Origin: an uncultured Dehalococcoidales bacterium
GTDB taxonomy: Bacteria > Chloroflexota > Dehalococcoidia > Dehalococcoidales > BS750m-G39
Assembly (NCBI GenBank): GCA_964456815.1
Contig: CAYWCO010000002.1
Span: forward strand, 1 to 39,085
Direction of reading: 5' to 3'
DNA: 39,085 nt
Each line of letters begins with the position of its first letter. Positions within the stretch are counted from its first letter, which is position 1. The notes under the pieces were generated by a model. That model saw only the letters and a list, made by a program, of their open reading frames with translations. It was not told the origin of the DNA and searched no databases. A program made the translations under genes and the position numbers. This document shows, one piece after another, positions 18,143 through 29,365 of this stretch.

Positions 18143-18547
18143 TTACCGCTTGGTGTATTGAGGTGCCTTGCGCGCCCGCCTGAGACCGGCTTTCTTCCTC
18201 TCTTTAGCCCGTGAGTCTCTGGTCAACAGCCCGTGCTTGCGCAGTACCGCCTTGAGGCTCTCGTCAGCCGCTAATAGGGCGCGGGCAATACCGTGTGAGA
18301 TGGCGCCACCCTGCCCTGATATGCCACCCCCCTCTACCTTAATCACGACGTTATACTTGCCCATGTTCTCCGTAACCAGGAGCGGCTTCAGTATTATTCG
18401 ACGGTGCTCAGGGTAGGGGAATAGCTTCTCGTAGGGGGTGCCGTTGACAATAATCTCACCCGTCCCTGGTATCAATTTCACCCGGGCTACTGCCGTCTTA
18501 CGCCTGCCGGTGCCGTAATAATAGTTTTGCTTCTCGGTTTGAACCAC
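18143..18547 (-). CDS. rpsI: 30S ribosomal protein S9
   Basis: YYGTGRRKTAVARV...GGGISGQGGAISHGIARAL...ends KR. Confidence 0.95.
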   Translation of the reverse strand: MVQTEKQNYYYGTGRRKTAVARVKLIPGTGEIIVNGTPYEKLFPYPEHRRIILKPLLVTENMGKYNVVIKVEGGGISGQGGAISHGIARALLAADESLKAVLRKHGLLTRDSRAKERKKAGLRRARKAPQYTKR

Positions 18548-18985
18548 CTAGTTCTCAGCCCCCTTTGTCCTGGCCTTGGTCTGAGCCAGGTGAGGATGAG
18601 CCTCACCAACATAGACCCTTAGCCGTTTCATCATGCCAGCCCTCAAGCGATTTTTGGGTAACATCCCCTTGACGGCGTATTCAATCACCCGGGTAGGCTT
18701 AGTCTGCGATAGCTTCTCCAGATTTATGCTCTTGAGTCCCCCCGGATACCCTGAATGTCTATAGTATAACTTCTGCTGGCTCTTATTGCCAGTAACCCGC
18801 ACCTTTTCGGCGTTGATAATGACAACGAAATCGCCGCTGTCCAGATGGCGACTGAATATCGGCTTGTGCTTGCCCATGAGCAGGCTAGCCGCCTCGGTGG
18901 CGACCTTTCCCAGAATCTTGCCCGAGGCATCAATCTCATGCCACTGGCGCTTAATCTCGGAGGCTTTAGTGCTGTAGGTCTTCAT
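18548..18985 (-). CDS. rplM: 50S ribosomal protein L13
   Basis: [28 protein letters not shown]...GMLPKNRL. Confidence 0.95.
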   Translation of the reverse strand: MKTYSTKASEIKRQWHEIDASGKILGKVATEAASLLMGKHKPIFSRHLDSGDFVVIINAEKVRVTGNKSQQKLYYRHSGYPGGLKSINLEKLSQTKPTRVIEYAVKGMLPKNRLRAGMMKRLRVYVGEAHPHLAQTKARTKGAEN

Positions 18986-19748
18986 TATTCCTCTCTAGAT
19001 GGTTGGGGTAATTTACCCGGGTAAGATATAGTCCGCAGGAGGGGGCAGTAGGCCCCGCCGTCCCCGGCTTTTTCATCTCAATTATGCTATTAAATTCGGT
19101 AGTGCTCATCTTGCCAAGGGCGACCCTGAGCAGGGCACCAACCGTGTTTCGAACCTGATGGGGCAGGAATGAGTTCGCCACCATATTGAAGGTGACCACC
19201 TCCCCCTCCCTTTCGAAACTGGCTTTAGAGACACGCTTCACCGTGCTCTTTATCCTCGTCCCGTTGGAGCTGGCAAATGAGGCGAGGTCATGCTCACCGA
19301 TAAGAGCCCGGGCTGCCCGGTTGGCAGCTTCAATATCCAGAGGGCTGGTAACAAAGTAGGAAAAGCCCTCTCTCACCGGCGAGCGGGTGGGGCTGTTTAA
19401 TATGTAGTAGCTGTATTCCCGGCCGGTGGCATCACGCCTGACGTTAAACGAGTCATCCGCTTTATAGGCTGCCTTTACCGCAATATCCCTGGGTAAGTAG
19501 TGGTTCAGGCCGCTTATAAATGTATCGGTGGGAAGGGAGGAGTTGGTCCTGAAGCTCACCACCTGCCCCATGGCATGGACTCCGGCGTCGGTGCGGCTGG
19601 CAGCAATCACCCGGCACCCCTCCCCGGTAAGCTTTTTTATGGCTGTCTCCACCTCTTTCTGAATGGAGGGCAAGTCATCCTGCCACTGGAAGCCGTGGTA
19701 GTTTGTACCATCATATTCTATAATCAATACAATCTTTTTAGTCTTCAT
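18966..19748 (-). CDS. truA: tRNA pseudouridine(38-40) synthase TruA
   Basis: [14 protein letters not shown] and [15 protein letters not shown] (catalytic Asp motif). The gene overlaps rplQ and rplM. Confidence 0.9.
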   Translation of the reverse strand: MKTKKIVLIIEYDGTNYHGFQWQDDLPSIQKEVETAIKKLTGEGCRVIAASRTDAGVHAMGQVVSFRTNSSLPTDTFISGLNHYLPRDIAVKAAYKADDSFNVRRDATGREYSYYILNSPTRSPVREGFSYFVTSPLDIEAANRAARALIGEHDLASFASSNGTRIKSTVKRVSKASFEREGEVVTFNMVANSFLPHQVRNTVGALLRVALGKMSTTEFNSIIEMKKPGTAGPTAPSCGLYLTRVNYPNHLERNNEDLQH

Positions 19749-20095
19749 ACCAGCTCAATCTGAGTCATGGGTGCTCCGTCACCCAATCTCGGGCCTAGCT
19801 TGGTGATACGGGTATATCCGCCCTGACGCTCAGCGTATCTGGGAGCAAGCTCGGCGAATACCTTCTCCGTTACCTTCTTATCTAGGATAAAGGAGAGCGC
19901 CTTGCGGCGGGATTGGAGTCCCCCCTTCTTGCCCAGGGTAATCATCTGCTCCGCCAGACTGCGTATTTCCTTAGCCTTGGCTTCGCTGGTGGTAATCTTC
20001 TCATGTTTTAGGAGGTCGGTCACCAGGTTGCGGTACAGCGCCTTGCGGTGGGCTGAAGCTCGCCCCAGTGTCCTCCCGGCTACCCTGTGCCTCAT
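19745..20095 (-). CDS. rplQ: 50S ribosomal protein L17
   Basis: [24 protein letters not shown]...TTSEAKAKE. Confidence 0.95.
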   Translation of the reverse strand: MRHRVAGRTLGRASAHRKALYRNLVTDLLKHEKITTSEAKAKEIRSLAEQMITLGKKGGLQSRRKALSFILDKKVTEKVFAELAPRYAERQGGYTRITKLGPRLGDGAPMTQIELV

Positions 20096-21060
20096 GTCGC
20101 TTGCTCCTCCATCTCGCCCTCCTCCTCACCGAGAGGAGAAAGGGATAGCTCCATTGCCTCCAGCTGCTCCGTTACCTCTTGCATTGACTTCTGCCCGAAG
20201 TTATGCAGCGAGAGCAATTCCCTCTCTCCCTTGCTTATAAGCTCGCCCACGGTGGTGATGCCACCCCGCCTCAGGCAATTCATGGTACGCACCGATAGCT
20301 CCAGCTGGTCCACCGGCATGTTATATTTTTCATCGGGGATGGAGGCGCGAACAAGCTGTTTTTCCGCCTCGATGCGGGAGACCCTGGCGTAATCAATGAA
20401 TGGGTCTAGCTGCTCGGTCAAAACCCTGGCACTCTCGCTGATTGCCTCTTCCGGTGAGATTGTGCCATCGGTCCATATCTCCAGCTCCAGCCGCTCATGG
20501 CTTGTCTCCCGGCTGATATGGCTCGGCTCAACGGTAAAATTGACCTTGCGTATCGGGGTAAAGAGGGCATCTACCGGAATCGCCCCTATGGGCAGGTTAT
20601 CGCTGGACTCAGCCTCCCGATAACCTTCGCCCAGTTCAACATCAAACTCAACATAGAGCTTGGCTTCAGGCGAATCTAATGTAGCCAGATAAAGCTCGGG
20701 GTTGGCAATTTCAAAGTCGGTTGACGGCTCAATGTCAGCGGCAGAAACTCGCTTCTCCCCCTCCACATTCAGTATTAACTTGGCCGGTTGACCGGAGAGG
20801 GGTTTTAGCCTCAGCGCCTTAACATTGAGCAGAAACTCGGTGACGTCTTCTTTGACAGAGGGGATGGTGGTGAATTCATGCTGAATCCCCTCAATCGTAA
20901 CCCGGGTCACCGCCGCCCCGGGAAGGTAGCCAAGGAGAGCTCGCCGCATGGCGTTGCCCAGAGTAATGCCAAAGCCCTTTTCCAGAGGCTCAGCCCTGAA
21001 GCGTCCAAAGTTATCCTTACTTTCAATACACTCAATCTTAGCTACGGCTAGTTGGGACAA
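20092..21060 (-). CDS. rpoA: DNA-directed RNA polymerase alpha subunit
   Basis: [15 protein letters not shown] and the C-terminal domain [23 protein letters not shown]. Confidence 0.95.
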   Translation of the reverse strand: MSQLAVAKIECIESKDNFGRFRAEPLEKGFGITLGNAMRRALLGYLPGAAVTRVTIEGIQHEFTTIPSVKEDVTEFLLNVKALRLKPLSGQPAKLILNVEGEKRVSAADIEPSTDFEIANPELYLATLDSPEAKLYVEFDVELGEGYREAESSDNLPIGAIPVDALFTPIRKVNFTVEPSHISRETSHERLELEIWTDGTISPEEAISESARVLTEQLDPFIDYARVSRIEAEKQLVRASIPDEKYNMPVDQLELSVRTMNCLRRGGITTVGELISKGERELLSLHNFGQKSMQEVTEQLEAMELSLSPLGEEEGEMEEQAT

Positions 21061-21077
21061 GGTGCCACCTCCTCAAC

Positions 21078-21704
21078 TTATCGTGAGTAATACTCAACTA
21101 TACCCGGCAGTTCAAATTTGGCCTCAATGTCAGAGGGGGTGGGCAGGGATATAACCTGACCAGCGCCCTTCTCTATGTCCAGGCTCAACCAGCTTGGAAT
21201 AACCTTACCCTCAATGCCTTGAGCCATTTGCTCATAATAGCTGCCGGTGGTGCTGCTCTCCTTCCAGCTAATGGTGTCACCCTCCTTGACCAGATAGGAG
21301 GGGACATCTACCTTCTTTCCATTAACCAGAATATGCCCATGACGAACCAGCTGACGACCTTGGGAGCGGGAGTCGGCAAAGCCCAGGCGATAGACTATAT
21401 TGTCCAGCCGCCTCTCCAGCAGCACCAGTAGATTTTCCCCGGTGATGCCTGCCTGCCTCTCTGCCGCTTCAAAGAATCGCCGGAACTGTCTTTCCAGCAT
21501 TCCATAGCTGTAGCGGGCTTTCTGCTTCTCCCGGAGCTGTACTCCGCGGTCGGAAAGCCGCCGACGCCGCATGGGCTGGTGTCCCGGTGGTTTTCCCCGC
21601 CGCTCCATAGCGCATTTGGGGGTGAAACATCGGCTACCCTTGAGCATTAATTTATCGCCGCTACGCCGGCATAACCGGCAAACTGCTGTTGTATATCTTG
21701 CCAT
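21078..21704 (-). CDS. rpsD: 30S ribosomal protein S4 (Zn-ribbon form)
   Basis: The canonical start [16 protein letters not shown]... is Met14 of the track ORF, and using it avoids overlap with rpsK. The Cys pattern is CRLC...CFTPKC. Confidence 0.9.
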   Translation of the reverse strand: MARYTTAVCRLCRRSGDKLMLKGSRCFTPKCAMERRGKPPGHQPMRRRRLSDRGVQLREKQKARYSYGMLERQFRRFFEAAERQAGITGENLLVLLERRLDNIVYRLGFADSRSQGRQLVRHGHILVNGKKVDVPSYLVKEGDTISWKESSTTGSYYEQMAQGIEGKVIPSWLSLDIEKGAGQVISLPTPSDIEAKFELPGIVEYYSR

Positions 21705-21708
21705 TTGC

Positions 21709-22101
21709 TTACACCCGCCTCCTCTTACGCGGACGACAACCATTGTGGGGGATGGGGGTCACATCCCTGATGCTGGTAATAGCCAGCCCCGAAGCCTGGA
21801 GGGAGCGAATAGCCGCCTCCCGTCCGCCGCCTGCCCCCTTGACATAAACCTCCACCTGACGCAGCCCATGCTCCATCGCTTTTCTGGCGGCATCGCGAGC
21901 TGCCAGTTGAGCAGCATAAGGGGTGCCCTTGCGTGAACCCTTAAACCCGGCAGTACCCGAGCTTCCCCAGGCAATAACATTGCCCTGGGGGTCGGTGAGG
22001 GTCACGATGATGTTATTAAAGGTAGCTTGGATGTAAGCCCTCCCCGCAGGGATGGACTTACGTTCCCGCCTTCTTGTTCTGGTTTTCTTCTTTTCTGGCA
22101 C
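21709..22101 (-). CDS. rpsK: 30S ribosomal protein S11
   Basis: [20 protein letters not shown]...[14 protein letters not shown] start with TAGGAGGA upstream. Confidence 0.95.
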   Translation of the reverse strand: MPEKKKTRTRRRERKSIPAGRAYIQATFNNIIVTLTDPQGNVIAWGSSGTAGFKGSRKGTPYAAQLAARDAARKAMEHGLRQVEVYVKGAGGGREAAIRSLQASGLAITSIRDVTPIPHNGCRPRKRRRV

Positions 22102-22121
22102 TCAGTCCTCCTAAAATAGCG

Positions 22122-22265
22122 TCAAAATTCCCTGAATATCTTACTAAAGGCTAAGCCTGCTCCGGCAAGGATGAGACCGGCTAGCAGGAGTGCTTCGTGG
22201 GCGAAGTAGGTGAAGTTCACGGCAATAAGAATGATACCAATTATAAACAGTATTCCTCCAAACAT
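22122..22265 (-). CDS. small hydrophobic protein (47 aa, two predicted TM segments), unknown function
   Basis: Not in the ORF track because it is under 60 aa. ATG at 22265 has AAGGAGG 8 nt upstream. Translation: MFGGILFIIGIILIAVNFTYFAHEALLLAGLILAGAGLAFSKIFREF. It fills an unusually long 202-nt rpsM-rpsK gap. Confidence 0.5.
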   Translation of the reverse strand: MFGGILFIIGIILIAVNFTYFAHEALLLAGLILAGAGLAFSKIFREF

Positions 22266-22303
22266 TTTTGCGGCCTCCTTAATAAGTTTTTTATTTTATA
22301 GAC

Positions 22304-22693
22304 TTATTTCTTGGTTACGCCTCGCCTCTGTCCTCTACCGGCAACAGTTTTACGGGGACCACGCTTGGTGCGAGCATTGGTTCTTGTCCTCTGCCCCCTG
22401 GCCGGCAAACCACGGCGGTGCCTGGTGCCCCGATAGCTGCCAATCTCAATCAGGCGCTTGATGTTGAGGTCAGCCTCCTTCCTCAGCTCACCCTCAACAT
22501 TGTGCTCCCGGTCAATAATCTCCCGGATGCGATTGACCTCTTCTTCAGCCAGTTCGCTTACCTTGGTTGATGGGTTAACGCTGGCTTGTTCCAGAATCCT
22601 GTGGCTCAGGCTGGGGCCAATGCCATGGATATACTGCAATGAAACTGCAATCTGCTTATTTTTGGGTATATCTACCCCGGCGATACGCGCCAT
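22304..22693 (-). CDS. rpsM: 30S ribosomal protein S13
   Basis: [26 protein letters not shown]. Confidence 0.95.
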   Translation of the reverse strand: MARIAGVDIPKNKQIAVSLQYIHGIGPSLSHRILEQASVNPSTKVSELAEEEVNRIREIIDREHNVEGELRKEADLNIKRLIEIGSYRGTRHRRGLPARGQRTRTNARTKRGPRKTVAGRGQRRGVTKK

Positions 22694-22711
22694 CTACATC
22701 CTCCTTGCTGG

Positions 22712-22825
22712 TTATCCCTGCCTCTGCTTATGTTTCGGGTTGGAACAGATGACCCTGACCACACCGCGTCGCTTTATTATTTTGCACTTTTCGCATCTAA
22801 CCTTAACCGAAGCCTTTACTTTCAT
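22712..22825 (-). CDS. rpmJ: 50S ribosomal protein L36 (Zn-binding form)
   Basis: Hand translation gives [37 protein letters not shown] (37 aa). Too short for the ORF track. Confidence 0.9.
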   Translation of the reverse strand: MKVKASVKVRCEKCKIIKRRGVVRVICSNPKHKQRQG

Positions 22826-22839
22826 AACTTGCTCTCCAA

Positions 22840-23058
22840 TTACTTAAACCGGTAGGTAATCCTGCCTCGAGTCAGGTCATAAGGGGAAAGCTCGACCAGG
22901 ACCTTGTCACCGGATAATATTCTAATATAGTGTAATCTTATTTTGCCCGAAATGTGAGCCAGCACCTTATGCCCGTTAGCCAGCTCAACACGGAACATGG
23001 CGTTAGGTAGCGGCTCAACTACCTTCCCTTCAACCTCAATAGCCTCCTTCTTAGGCAT
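22840..23058 (-). CDS. infA: translation initiation factor IF-1
   Basis: [39 protein letters not shown]. This start is Met22 of the track ORF. Confidence 0.9.
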   Translation of the reverse strand: MPKKEAIEVEGKVVEPLPNAMFRVELANGHKVLAHISGKIRLHYIRILSGDKVLVELSPYDLTRGRITYRFK

Positions 23059-23815
23059 AGGCTCCTTCCCTTGCCGTGAGCACCTCGGCTTCACCATCAG
23101 TAATGGCGATGGTATGTTCAAAGTGGGCGGAAAGGCTGCCGTCTGCGGTCAGCACCGTCCAGTGGTCATCGCCAACCCGGGTATGCCAGTCACCCACGTT
23201 TATCATCGGCTCAAGGGCGAAGGTCATGCCTTTCTCCAGCATCGGCCCCGTCCCCGGTAGCCCAAAATTAGGTATCTGGGGCTCCTCATGCATCTCTCGC
23301 CCGATGCCGTGACCGGAATACTCGCGCACCACTGAATAACCCCTTGATTCGGCATAGCTTTGCATGGTAGCCGAAATATCCCCCAGTCTTGCCCCGGTGC
23401 GGGCGGCAGCAATGCCGGCGGTCAGCACCCCTTCGGTAGCCTTAATCAGCTCTTGAGCCTGGGAGGAGATTTCCCCCACGCCTATACTAACCGCAGAATC
23501 ACCCTGAAAACCCATAAATAATGCTCCAAAGTCTAATGATACTATATCACCATTCTTTAGGACACGCTCCCCGGGAATCCCGTGCACAACCTCGTCATTT
23601 ACCGACACGCAGAGGTTAGCCGGGAAGCCGTGATATCCCTTAAACGAGGGCTTGGCTCCCAACCTCTCCACCTCTGTGGCCGCAATAGCGTCTAGCTCTT
23701 TGGTTTTCATTCCCTCTCTTGCCTGCTTCATCAGAATCTCCAGCACCGTGGCTACAATCCTGCCTGCCTGGCGCATGATATCAATCTCTCGCTCCGATTT
23801 GATAATTATACCCAT
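23051..23815 (-). CDS. map: type I methionine aminopeptidase
   Basis: [19 protein letters not shown] and FALEPM metal-ligand motifs. Confidence 0.9.
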   Translation of the reverse strand: MGIIIKSEREIDIMRQAGRIVATVLEILMKQAREGMKTKELDAIAATEVERLGAKPSFKGYHGFPANLCVSVNDEVVHGIPGERVLKNGDIVSLDFGALFMGFQGDSAVSIGVGEISSQAQELIKATEGVLTAGIAAARTGARLGDISATMQSYAESRGYSVVREYSGHGIGREMHEEPQIPNFGLPGTGPMLEKGMTFALEPMINVGDWHTRVGDDHWTVLTADGSLSAHFEHTIAITDGEAEVLTAREGAYA

Positions 23816-24475
23816 CTATCCAGCTATGGATGCTCCTTTAACGGCGGTGGTTATTCTCCCTGCCACCTCAGCCACATCCCCCTCACCATCCACTTCCACC
23901 AGCTTATCCGCCCCGGTGTAGTAATCAATCAGCGGGGCGGTCTCGGCAAAATAGACCTTAAGCCGCTTTTTAACGCTTTCCTCCCTGTCATCGGGGCGCT
24001 GGTAAAGCTCGCCGCCGCACTTATCACACTTACCCCAGACCCTGGGTGGGGAGTTGGTGACGTGGTATGGGGTCTGGCACTGGCGGCAAATCCAGCGCCC
24101 GCCCAGGCGCTTCATCAGCTCTTCTTCCGAGACCTTAATATATATTACCTTGTCCACGTTCTTGCCCTGCTGAGCTAAGGCTTTATCCAGTGCCTCAGCC
24201 TGCTCCAGGTTGCGGGGGAAACCATCAAGGATTACCCCCTTTTTGCCATCCAGGGTTGAGAGGCGCTCCAAAACCATATCTATTGTTACCTGGTTAGGGA
24301 CCAGCTCCCCCCTTTCCATATAAGACTTAGCCTTTATGCCTAGTTCCGTTCCCTTCTCCAGCGCCTGCCGGAACAGGTCGCCGGTGGCGATATGAACCAG
24401 CTCAAGCTCCCCAGCCACATTGGCTGCCTGAGTTCCCTTACCTGCCCCGGGGGCGCCCAGAAAGATAATATACAC
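23816..24475 (-). CDS. adk: adenylate kinase (Zn-lid form)
   Basis: GAPGAGKGTQA P-loop. The lid carries CRQC...CDKCG. Confidence 0.95.
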   Translation of the reverse strand: MYIIFLGAPGAGKGTQAANVAGELELVHIATGDLFRQALEKGTELGIKAKSYMERGELVPNQVTIDMVLERLSTLDGKKGVILDGFPRNLEQAEALDKALAQQGKNVDKVIYIKVSEEELMKRLGGRWICRQCQTPYHVTNSPPRVWGKCDKCGGELYQRPDDREESVKKRLKVYFAETAPLIDYYTGADKLVEVDGEGDVAEVAGRITTAVKGASIAG

Positions 24476-24483
24476 CTTTTTCC

Positions 24484-25806
24484 CTATTTAATGAAGCCTT
24501 CATAGCGGCGCATTACCAGTTGCGCCTCCATCTGTTTCATAGTATCCAGAACAACACCGACCACAATAAGCATGCCCATGCTGGATAGCTGTATCATCTG
24601 AACGTCGGTAATCTCCCGGGCAAGGAAGGGTATTACCGCCACCATTGCCAGGAATAAGGCTCCCGCCCAGGTAATACGTTTTATCACCCCGTCAAGGTAT
24701 TCCTTGGTGTGGGCGCCGGGCCGGATACCGGGGATAAACCCTCCCTGTCGCTGCAGGGTATTGGGCAAGTCCTGCTGCTCAAAGATTATCATGGTATAGA
24801 AGAAGGCAAAGGCAACCGTCAGCAGAAAATAAAGCCCCCAGTAGAATAAGCCCATAGGCAGTGCCGCATTGGGGTCAAATAAGCTCATAATATAATTAGC
24901 GAAGTTAGGGTCGGCTGTAGTGGGATTGGCAAAATAGCTGGCAACGACGCCGGGGAAGACAACTATTGACATGGCGAAGATAAGGGGTATCATGCCGGCG
25001 GTGTTTACCCGCAGCGGGATATGGGTTGAGCCTGACTGCCGGTACATGCGACCGCCACGGAAGGTACTGCGGGAATACTGGACGGGGACGCGGCGGTGTG
25101 CCTCGGTAAAATAGACAATAAATACGGTTGTAGCCAGGGCAATAAGAATATAAACAACGGCACCACCCCACTGCCCCTGTCCGGCAGCGATGAAGACCTG
25201 TCCTGCCGTTTGCCAGTAGCCAGCCACAATACCGCCAAAGATTATTATTGATATGCCGTTACCAATGCCGTACTCGGTGATACGCTCGCCCAGCCACACC
25301 AGGAACATGGTGCCGGCGATTAAGGATACAACCATGGTGAACATGGGTAGTGCTGCCGCCGAGCCGATGACCCCCTCGCGCTGGAGGTAGATGAGCTGTC
25401 CATAGCCCTGAAGACCGGCCAGGGGGACAGTCAACCAGTGGGTAATGCGGTTAATCTGGTTTCTGCCTGCCTCCCCCTCCATGGAGAGGGCTCGTAGCTG
25501 GGGGATGATAGGCACCAGTAGCTGCATAACAATTGACGCCGTTATGTAGGGGTAGACCCCCATCGCCGCCACACTGAACTGCCTCATAGCACCGCCGCTG
25601 AACATGTCAAGCATACCGAGCAGGGCGTTGCGCTCAAACAGGTCCTGCAGCGCCACAAGGTCTACGCCGGGAAGAGGTATGTGAGCGACAAAGCGGAAGG
25701 CTATCAGGATGCCAAAGGTAATGAGAATCCGCCGCCTTAAGTCGGGCAGACTGAAGGCGTCAATCATTGCCTGTAGTAGTCGTGGTCTAGCCTGTCGCGG
25801 TCTCAC
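24484..25806 (-). CDS. secY: preprotein translocase subunit SecY
   Basis: Multi-TM protein with ...DLRRRILITFGIL...GMLDMFSGGA. GTG at 25806 has GGAGGAG 7 nt upstream and overlaps rplO by 20 nt. An alternative ATG at 25767 has no SD. Confidence 0.9.
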   Translation of the reverse strand: MRPRQARPRLLQAMIDAFSLPDLRRRILITFGILIAFRFVAHIPLPGVDLVALQDLFERNALLGMLDMFSGGAMRQFSVAAMGVYPYITASIVMQLLVPIIPQLRALSMEGEAGRNQINRITHWLTVPLAGLQGYGQLIYLQREGVIGSAAALPMFTMVVSLIAGTMFLVWLGERITEYGIGNGISIIIFGGIVAGYWQTAGQVFIAAGQGQWGGAVVYILIALATTVFIVYFTEAHRRVPVQYSRSTFRGGRMYRQSGSTHIPLRVNTAGMIPLIFAMSIVVFPGVVASYFANPTTADPNFANYIMSLFDPNAALPMGLFYWGLYFLLTVAFAFFYTMIIFEQQDLPNTLQRQGGFIPGIRPGAHTKEYLDGVIKRITWAGALFLAMVAVIPFLAREITDVQMIQLSSMGMLIVVGVVLDTMKQMEAQLVMRRYEGFIK

Positions 25807-26248
25807 CCTTAATCTCCTCCGCCTTTCCTCCGGCGGCCTCTATCTTGGCTTTAGCCGCCGCCGAGAACTTATCTGCCTTTATCACCAGCGGGTGGGCAAT
25901 TTCACCACTCCCCAGAATCTTAATCGGGCGCTTTAGGGATTTCACTATCCCACTAGCCACCAGCTTCTCCGGTGTTATCTCGCTCTCTGGCTCAAAGACG
26001 GCAAGCTGGCTGATATTAACCGTGCTGTACTCCGTCCTGAAGATGTTGACGAAGCCCCGCTTCTCCGGCAGGCGCTTGATCAGGGGCAGCTGCCCGCCTT
26101 CAAAGCCGGGACGCATCTTATAGCCGGCGCGGGACTTTTGCCCTTTGCAACCGCGCCCGGAATAGGTGCCGTGACCGCTACCATCCCCCCGCCCCACCCT
26201 CTTCCTATTCTTTTTAGAGCCGGGGGCCGGGGAGAGTTTTTCTAACAT
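25787..26248 (-). CDS. rplO: 50S ribosomal protein L15
   Basis: KRVGRGDGSGHGTYSGRGCKGQKSR. Confidence 0.95.
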   Translation of the reverse strand: MLEKLSPAPGSKKNRKRVGRGDGSGHGTYSGRGCKGQKSRAGYKMRPGFEGGQLPLIKRLPEKRGFVNIFRTEYSTVNISQLAVFEPESEITPEKLVASGIVKSLKRPIKILGSGEIAHPLVIKADKFSAAAKAKIEAAGGKAEEIKGETATG

Positions 26249-26430
26249 CAGCCTTCCTCCTCCACCTTAATCAGATGCCTCACCTTGTCAAGCATACCCC
26301 GGATGGGGAGGGAGTTGTCATGGATAACGCTCTGGTTTAGCCGATTAAGCCCCAGAGCCTTCAGTGTTTTCTTCTGAGTCTTGGCATAGCCAATGCCGCT
26401 CTTGACCCAGGTGATGCGCAACTTAGCCAC
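26248..26430 (-). CDS. rpmD: 50S ribosomal protein L30
   Basis: [26 protein letters not shown]. Confidence 0.9.
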   Translation of the reverse strand: MAKLRITWVKSGIGYAKTQKKTLKALGLNRLNQSVIHDNSLPIRGMLDKVRHLIKVEEEG

Positions 26431-26947
26431 CGCTTACCTCCTCAACCTTAGCCGGGGCTAGCTTGCGCCGGGCTATTTCCTCTTTTGGCTCCTTGAGCTG
26501 GCTGAGGGCGATTATTGTCGCCTTAGCCGTATTAATCCGATTCGGGCTGCCCAGTGACTTGGTCAGAATATCCTTGATTCCGATGGCTTCAACCACGGCT
26601 CTAATGCTGCCACCGGCAATAATACCGGTGCCCGGTGCCGCCGGCTTCAGCAGGACATTGGCCGCTCCGAATCTGACCTTTATTTCATGGGGGATGGTCG
26701 CCCTGGGTAAAGGAACCTTAATCAGGTTCTTTTTGGCGGTGGCGCCAGCCTTGTTAATCGCCTCGGGGACGCTGTTAGCCTTGCCCACCCCGATGCCGAC
26801 ATGCCCATTGCCGTCGCCAGTTACCACCAGGGCGCTGAAGCTGAGGCGTTTGCCTCCCTTCACCACCTTGGTCACCCGGTTGATATAAACCAGCTTGTCA
26901 TTTAGTGCTAGTTCGGTTGGGTCTATCTTACTTATCGGCGGTTTCAC
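26423..26947 (-). CDS. rpsE: 30S ribosomal protein S5
   Basis: [36 protein letters not shown]. Confidence 0.95.
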   Translation of the reverse strand: MKPPISKIDPTELALNDKLVYINRVTKVVKGGKRLSFSALVVTGDGNGHVGIGVGKANSVPEAINKAGATAKKNLIKVPLPRATIPHEIKVRFGAANVLLKPAAPGTGIIAGGSIRAVVEAIGIKDILTKSLGSPNRINTAKATIIALSQLKEPKEEIARRKLAPAKVEEVSGG

Positions 26948-26963
26948 TTATTCTCAAAACTCC

Positions 26964-27329
26964 CTAAAATTCTAGTCCTGCCTGCCGAGCCGCCTCGGCG
27001 AAGGCTTTAACTCTGCCGTGGTATTTGTAGCCACCACGGTCAAAGACCACCTGACTTATTCCTTTATCTATTGCCCGCTTGGCCAGCAACGAACCGACCA
27101 GCTCAGCGCGGGCTGTCTTTGCCTTGCCATTAGCCTCGCCGGCAATCTCTGGCTCAAGGGTTGAAGCCGAGGTCAGGGTATGACCCTTAGCGTCATCAAT
27201 CACCTGGGCGTAAATATGGTTCAGGCTGCGAAAGAGGCAAAGCCTCGGTCTCAGCGCGATGCCCGTTACCCTGGCTCTGACCCTGAGGTGTCTTCTTTTA
27301 CGTGCTAGCCTTGTATCAACCTTTGTCAT
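26964..27329 (-). CDS. rplR: 50S ribosomal protein L18
   Basis: RKRRHLRVR...[10 protein letters not shown]...[20 protein letters not shown]. Confidence 0.95.
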   Translation of the reverse strand: MTKVDTRLARKRRHLRVRARVTGIALRPRLCLFRSLNHIYAQVIDDAKGHTLTSASTLEPEIAGEANGKAKTARAELVGSLLAKRAIDKGISQVVFDRGGYKYHGRVKAFAEAARQAGLEF

Positions 27330-27883
27330 TATTGCCTCTGACCTATAGCCTTACCTGCCTTGCCCGGCTTGAGACGGACTGGCTCACCAAGATATCTAAT
27401 CCCCTTGCCCTTATAGGCATCAGGGGGACGAATGGCCCGAATTTCGGCCGCCATCTCACCCACCACTTCCTTGTCAATACCCGAGACCTTGATACGGTTT
27501 CCCCCCTCTACATCCAGGGAGACGCCGGGTATTGGTGATACCTCCACCGGCTGTGAGAAACCAATACGGAGTACCAGCTTATCGCCGGTCTTTTCCGCCC
27601 GGTAGCCCACGCCCACTATATCAAGGCTCTTGTCAAAGCCCTTGGTTACCCCTTCAACCATGTTAGCCAAAAGAGTTCGCGTCAGCCCGTGTAGTGAGCG
27701 GTGCGTCTTGCCGTCGCTGGGCCTTGATACCAGGAGCTCGCCATTATCCAGGGTGATAGCCATATCCGGGTTGAAGCGGCGGCTAAGCTCCCCCTTGGGG
27801 CCGGTTATGGTGACCAGCTCCTTGGTAATGTTCACCTTTACCCCCTCTGGTACCGGTATCGGCGCCTGCCCTATCCTAGACAT
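27329..27883 (-). CDS. rplF: 50S ribosomal protein L6
   Basis: [17 protein letters not shown]...GVGYRA...[12 protein letters not shown]. Confidence 0.95.
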   Translation of the reverse strand: MSRIGQAPIPVPEGVKVNITKELVTITGPKGELSRRFNPDMAITLDNGELLVSRPSDGKTHRSLHGLTRTLLANMVEGVTKGFDKSLDIVGVGYRAEKTGDKLVLRIGFSQPVEVSPIPGVSLDVEGGNRIKVSGIDKEVVGEMAAEIRAIRPPDAYKGKGIRYLGEPVRLKPGKAGKAIGQRQ

Positions 27884-27901
27884 ATATCACCCCGAGACTT
27901 T

Positions 27902-28300
27902 TTACCATACATAGCATAGAAGTTCACCGCCAACCCCGCTGCGCCAGGCTTTCTGCCCGGTCATTACACCCTTAGCTGTGGAAACGATAGCCACCCCCAG
28001 GCCACCATAGACCCTGGGGATTTCCTTCTGCCCCACATATACCCTCAACCCGGGCTTACTAACCCGTTTCAGCCCGGAGATAAACGGCTGATTTTTGTCA
28101 TCATATTTGAGGTGGAGCTTGATTGTGCGGTGGGGCTTACCCCTTAGCACCTCGTAGTCAGTGATGAACCCCTCCTCCTTGAGGATTTTGGCGATAGCCA
28201 GCTTCATCCTTGACGATGGCACGGGCACGAAATCATGCCTCGCAATAATGGCGTTTCGTGTTCTGGTTAACATATCAGCTATTGGGTCAGAGACGCTCAT
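27902..28300 (-). CDS. rpsH: 30S ribosomal protein S8
   Basis: [13 protein letters not shown]...[15 protein letters not shown]. Confidence 0.95.
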   Translation of the reverse strand: MSVSDPIADMLTRTRNAIIARHDFVPVPSSRMKLAIAKILKEEGFITDYEVLRGKPHRTIKLHLKYDDKNQPFISGLKRVSKPGLRVYVGQKEIPRVYGGLGVAIVSTAKGVMTGQKAWRSGVGGELLCYVW

Positions 28301-28307
28301 ATCAACC

Positions 28308-28493
28308 TCACCAGCTTGCTTTCCTGACGCCGGGAATTTGCCCGGCTAAGGCTAACTTGCGGAAACAAATCCGGCACAAGCCAAACTTGCGAATGTAGGC
28401 TCTGGGTCGACCGCACAGGTAGCAGCGGTTACGCTGCTGCACCTTGTATTTGGTCGGTCGCTGCGATCTTATGACTTGCGATAGTTTAGCCAT
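28308..28493 (-). CDS. rpsN: 30S ribosomal protein S14, short type-Z Zn-binding form
   Basis: 61 aa with [22 protein letters not shown]. Confidence 0.9.
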   Translation of the reverse strand: MAKLSQVIRSQRPTKYKVQQRNRCYLCGRPRAYIRKFGLCRICFRKLALAGQIPGVRKASW

Positions 28494-28505
28494 TACTATC
28501 CTCGC

Positions 28506-29048
28506 TTAATCCTTGGCAAAGGGCACGCCCAATAATTCCAGCAGTTGCCTGCCTTCATCGTCGCTCCTAGCCGTGGTCGTAATTGATACCTCCAGCCCTC
28601 GCGCCTTGTCTATCTTATCGTACTCTATCTCGGGGAAGATGGTTTGCTCCTTAAACCCGAGTGTATAATTGCCCCGCCCGTCAAAGGAGTTCTGGGGAAC
28701 CCCCTGAAACTCACGCATTCGGGGCAGGGTAACATTAACCAGCCGCTCAAAGAAGTGGTACATGCGCTCCCCCCTGAGGGTCACCTTCAGTCCGATAGGC
28801 ATCCCCGCCCTCAGCTTGAAGGCGGCGATGGACTTCTTGGAGCGGGTTATAACCGGGTGTTGCCCCGAGATGGCAGCTAAATCTCCTTCTGCCGCTTCCA
28901 TAGCCTTGGCGTTCTGGATTGCCTCACCCAGTCCGATATTAAGGGCAATCTTTTCCAGGCGCGGCACCTGCATTACATTCTTATAGCCGAAGCTCTTCAT
29001 CAGCTTGGGAACGACCTCTTTTTTATATTTATCCTTAAGCTCCGACAT
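28506..29048 (-). CDS. rplE: 50S ribosomal protein L5
   Basis: [20 protein letters not shown]...MYHFFERLV. Confidence 0.95.
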   Translation of the reverse strand: MSELKDKYKKEVVPKLMKSFGYKNVMQVPRLEKIALNIGLGEAIQNAKAMEAAEGDLAAISGQHPVITRSKKSIAAFKLRAGMPIGLKVTLRGERMYHFFERLVNVTLPRMREFQGVPQNSFDGRGNYTLGFKEQTIFPEIEYDKIDKARGLEVSITTTARSDDEGRQLLELLGVPFAKD

Positions 29049-29360
29049 TTAGTCAATCACCTCGCCACAGGAGCGACAAAACCGGACCCTTTTACCATCA
29101 GCCAGAAGGCGGGAGCCAACCCGAGCCGGGTGGTTGCACTTATTGCACAGCAGCATAACATTAGACACATTGATTGGCGCTTCACGCTCAATTATGCCTG
29201 CCTGCCTGGCTGCCCCCCTCGCCCGGCTATGCCTCTTGATAAAGTTGATTCCTTCCACCAGCACTCGCCCATCCTTGGGGTAGGCAAAGCGCACCTTGCC
29301 CTTTTTACCCCTGTCCTTACCGGCAATAACGAGCACGGTATCGCTCTTTCTGATATTCAT
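29049..29360 (-). CDS. rplX: 50S ribosomal protein L24 (with C-terminal CxxC...CxxC)
   Basis: MNIRKSDTVLVIAGKDRGKKGKV (KOW motif). This start is Met4 of the track ORF; GTG at 29369 is the alternative. The C-terminus is CNKCNHPARVG...FCRSCGEVID. Confidence 0.9.
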   Translation of the reverse strand: MNIRKSDTVLVIAGKDRGKKGKVRFAYPKDGRVLVEGINFIKRHSRARGAARQAGIIEREAPINVSNVMLLCNKCNHPARVGSRLLADGKRVRFCRSCGEVID

Positions 29361-29365
29361 CCCTC

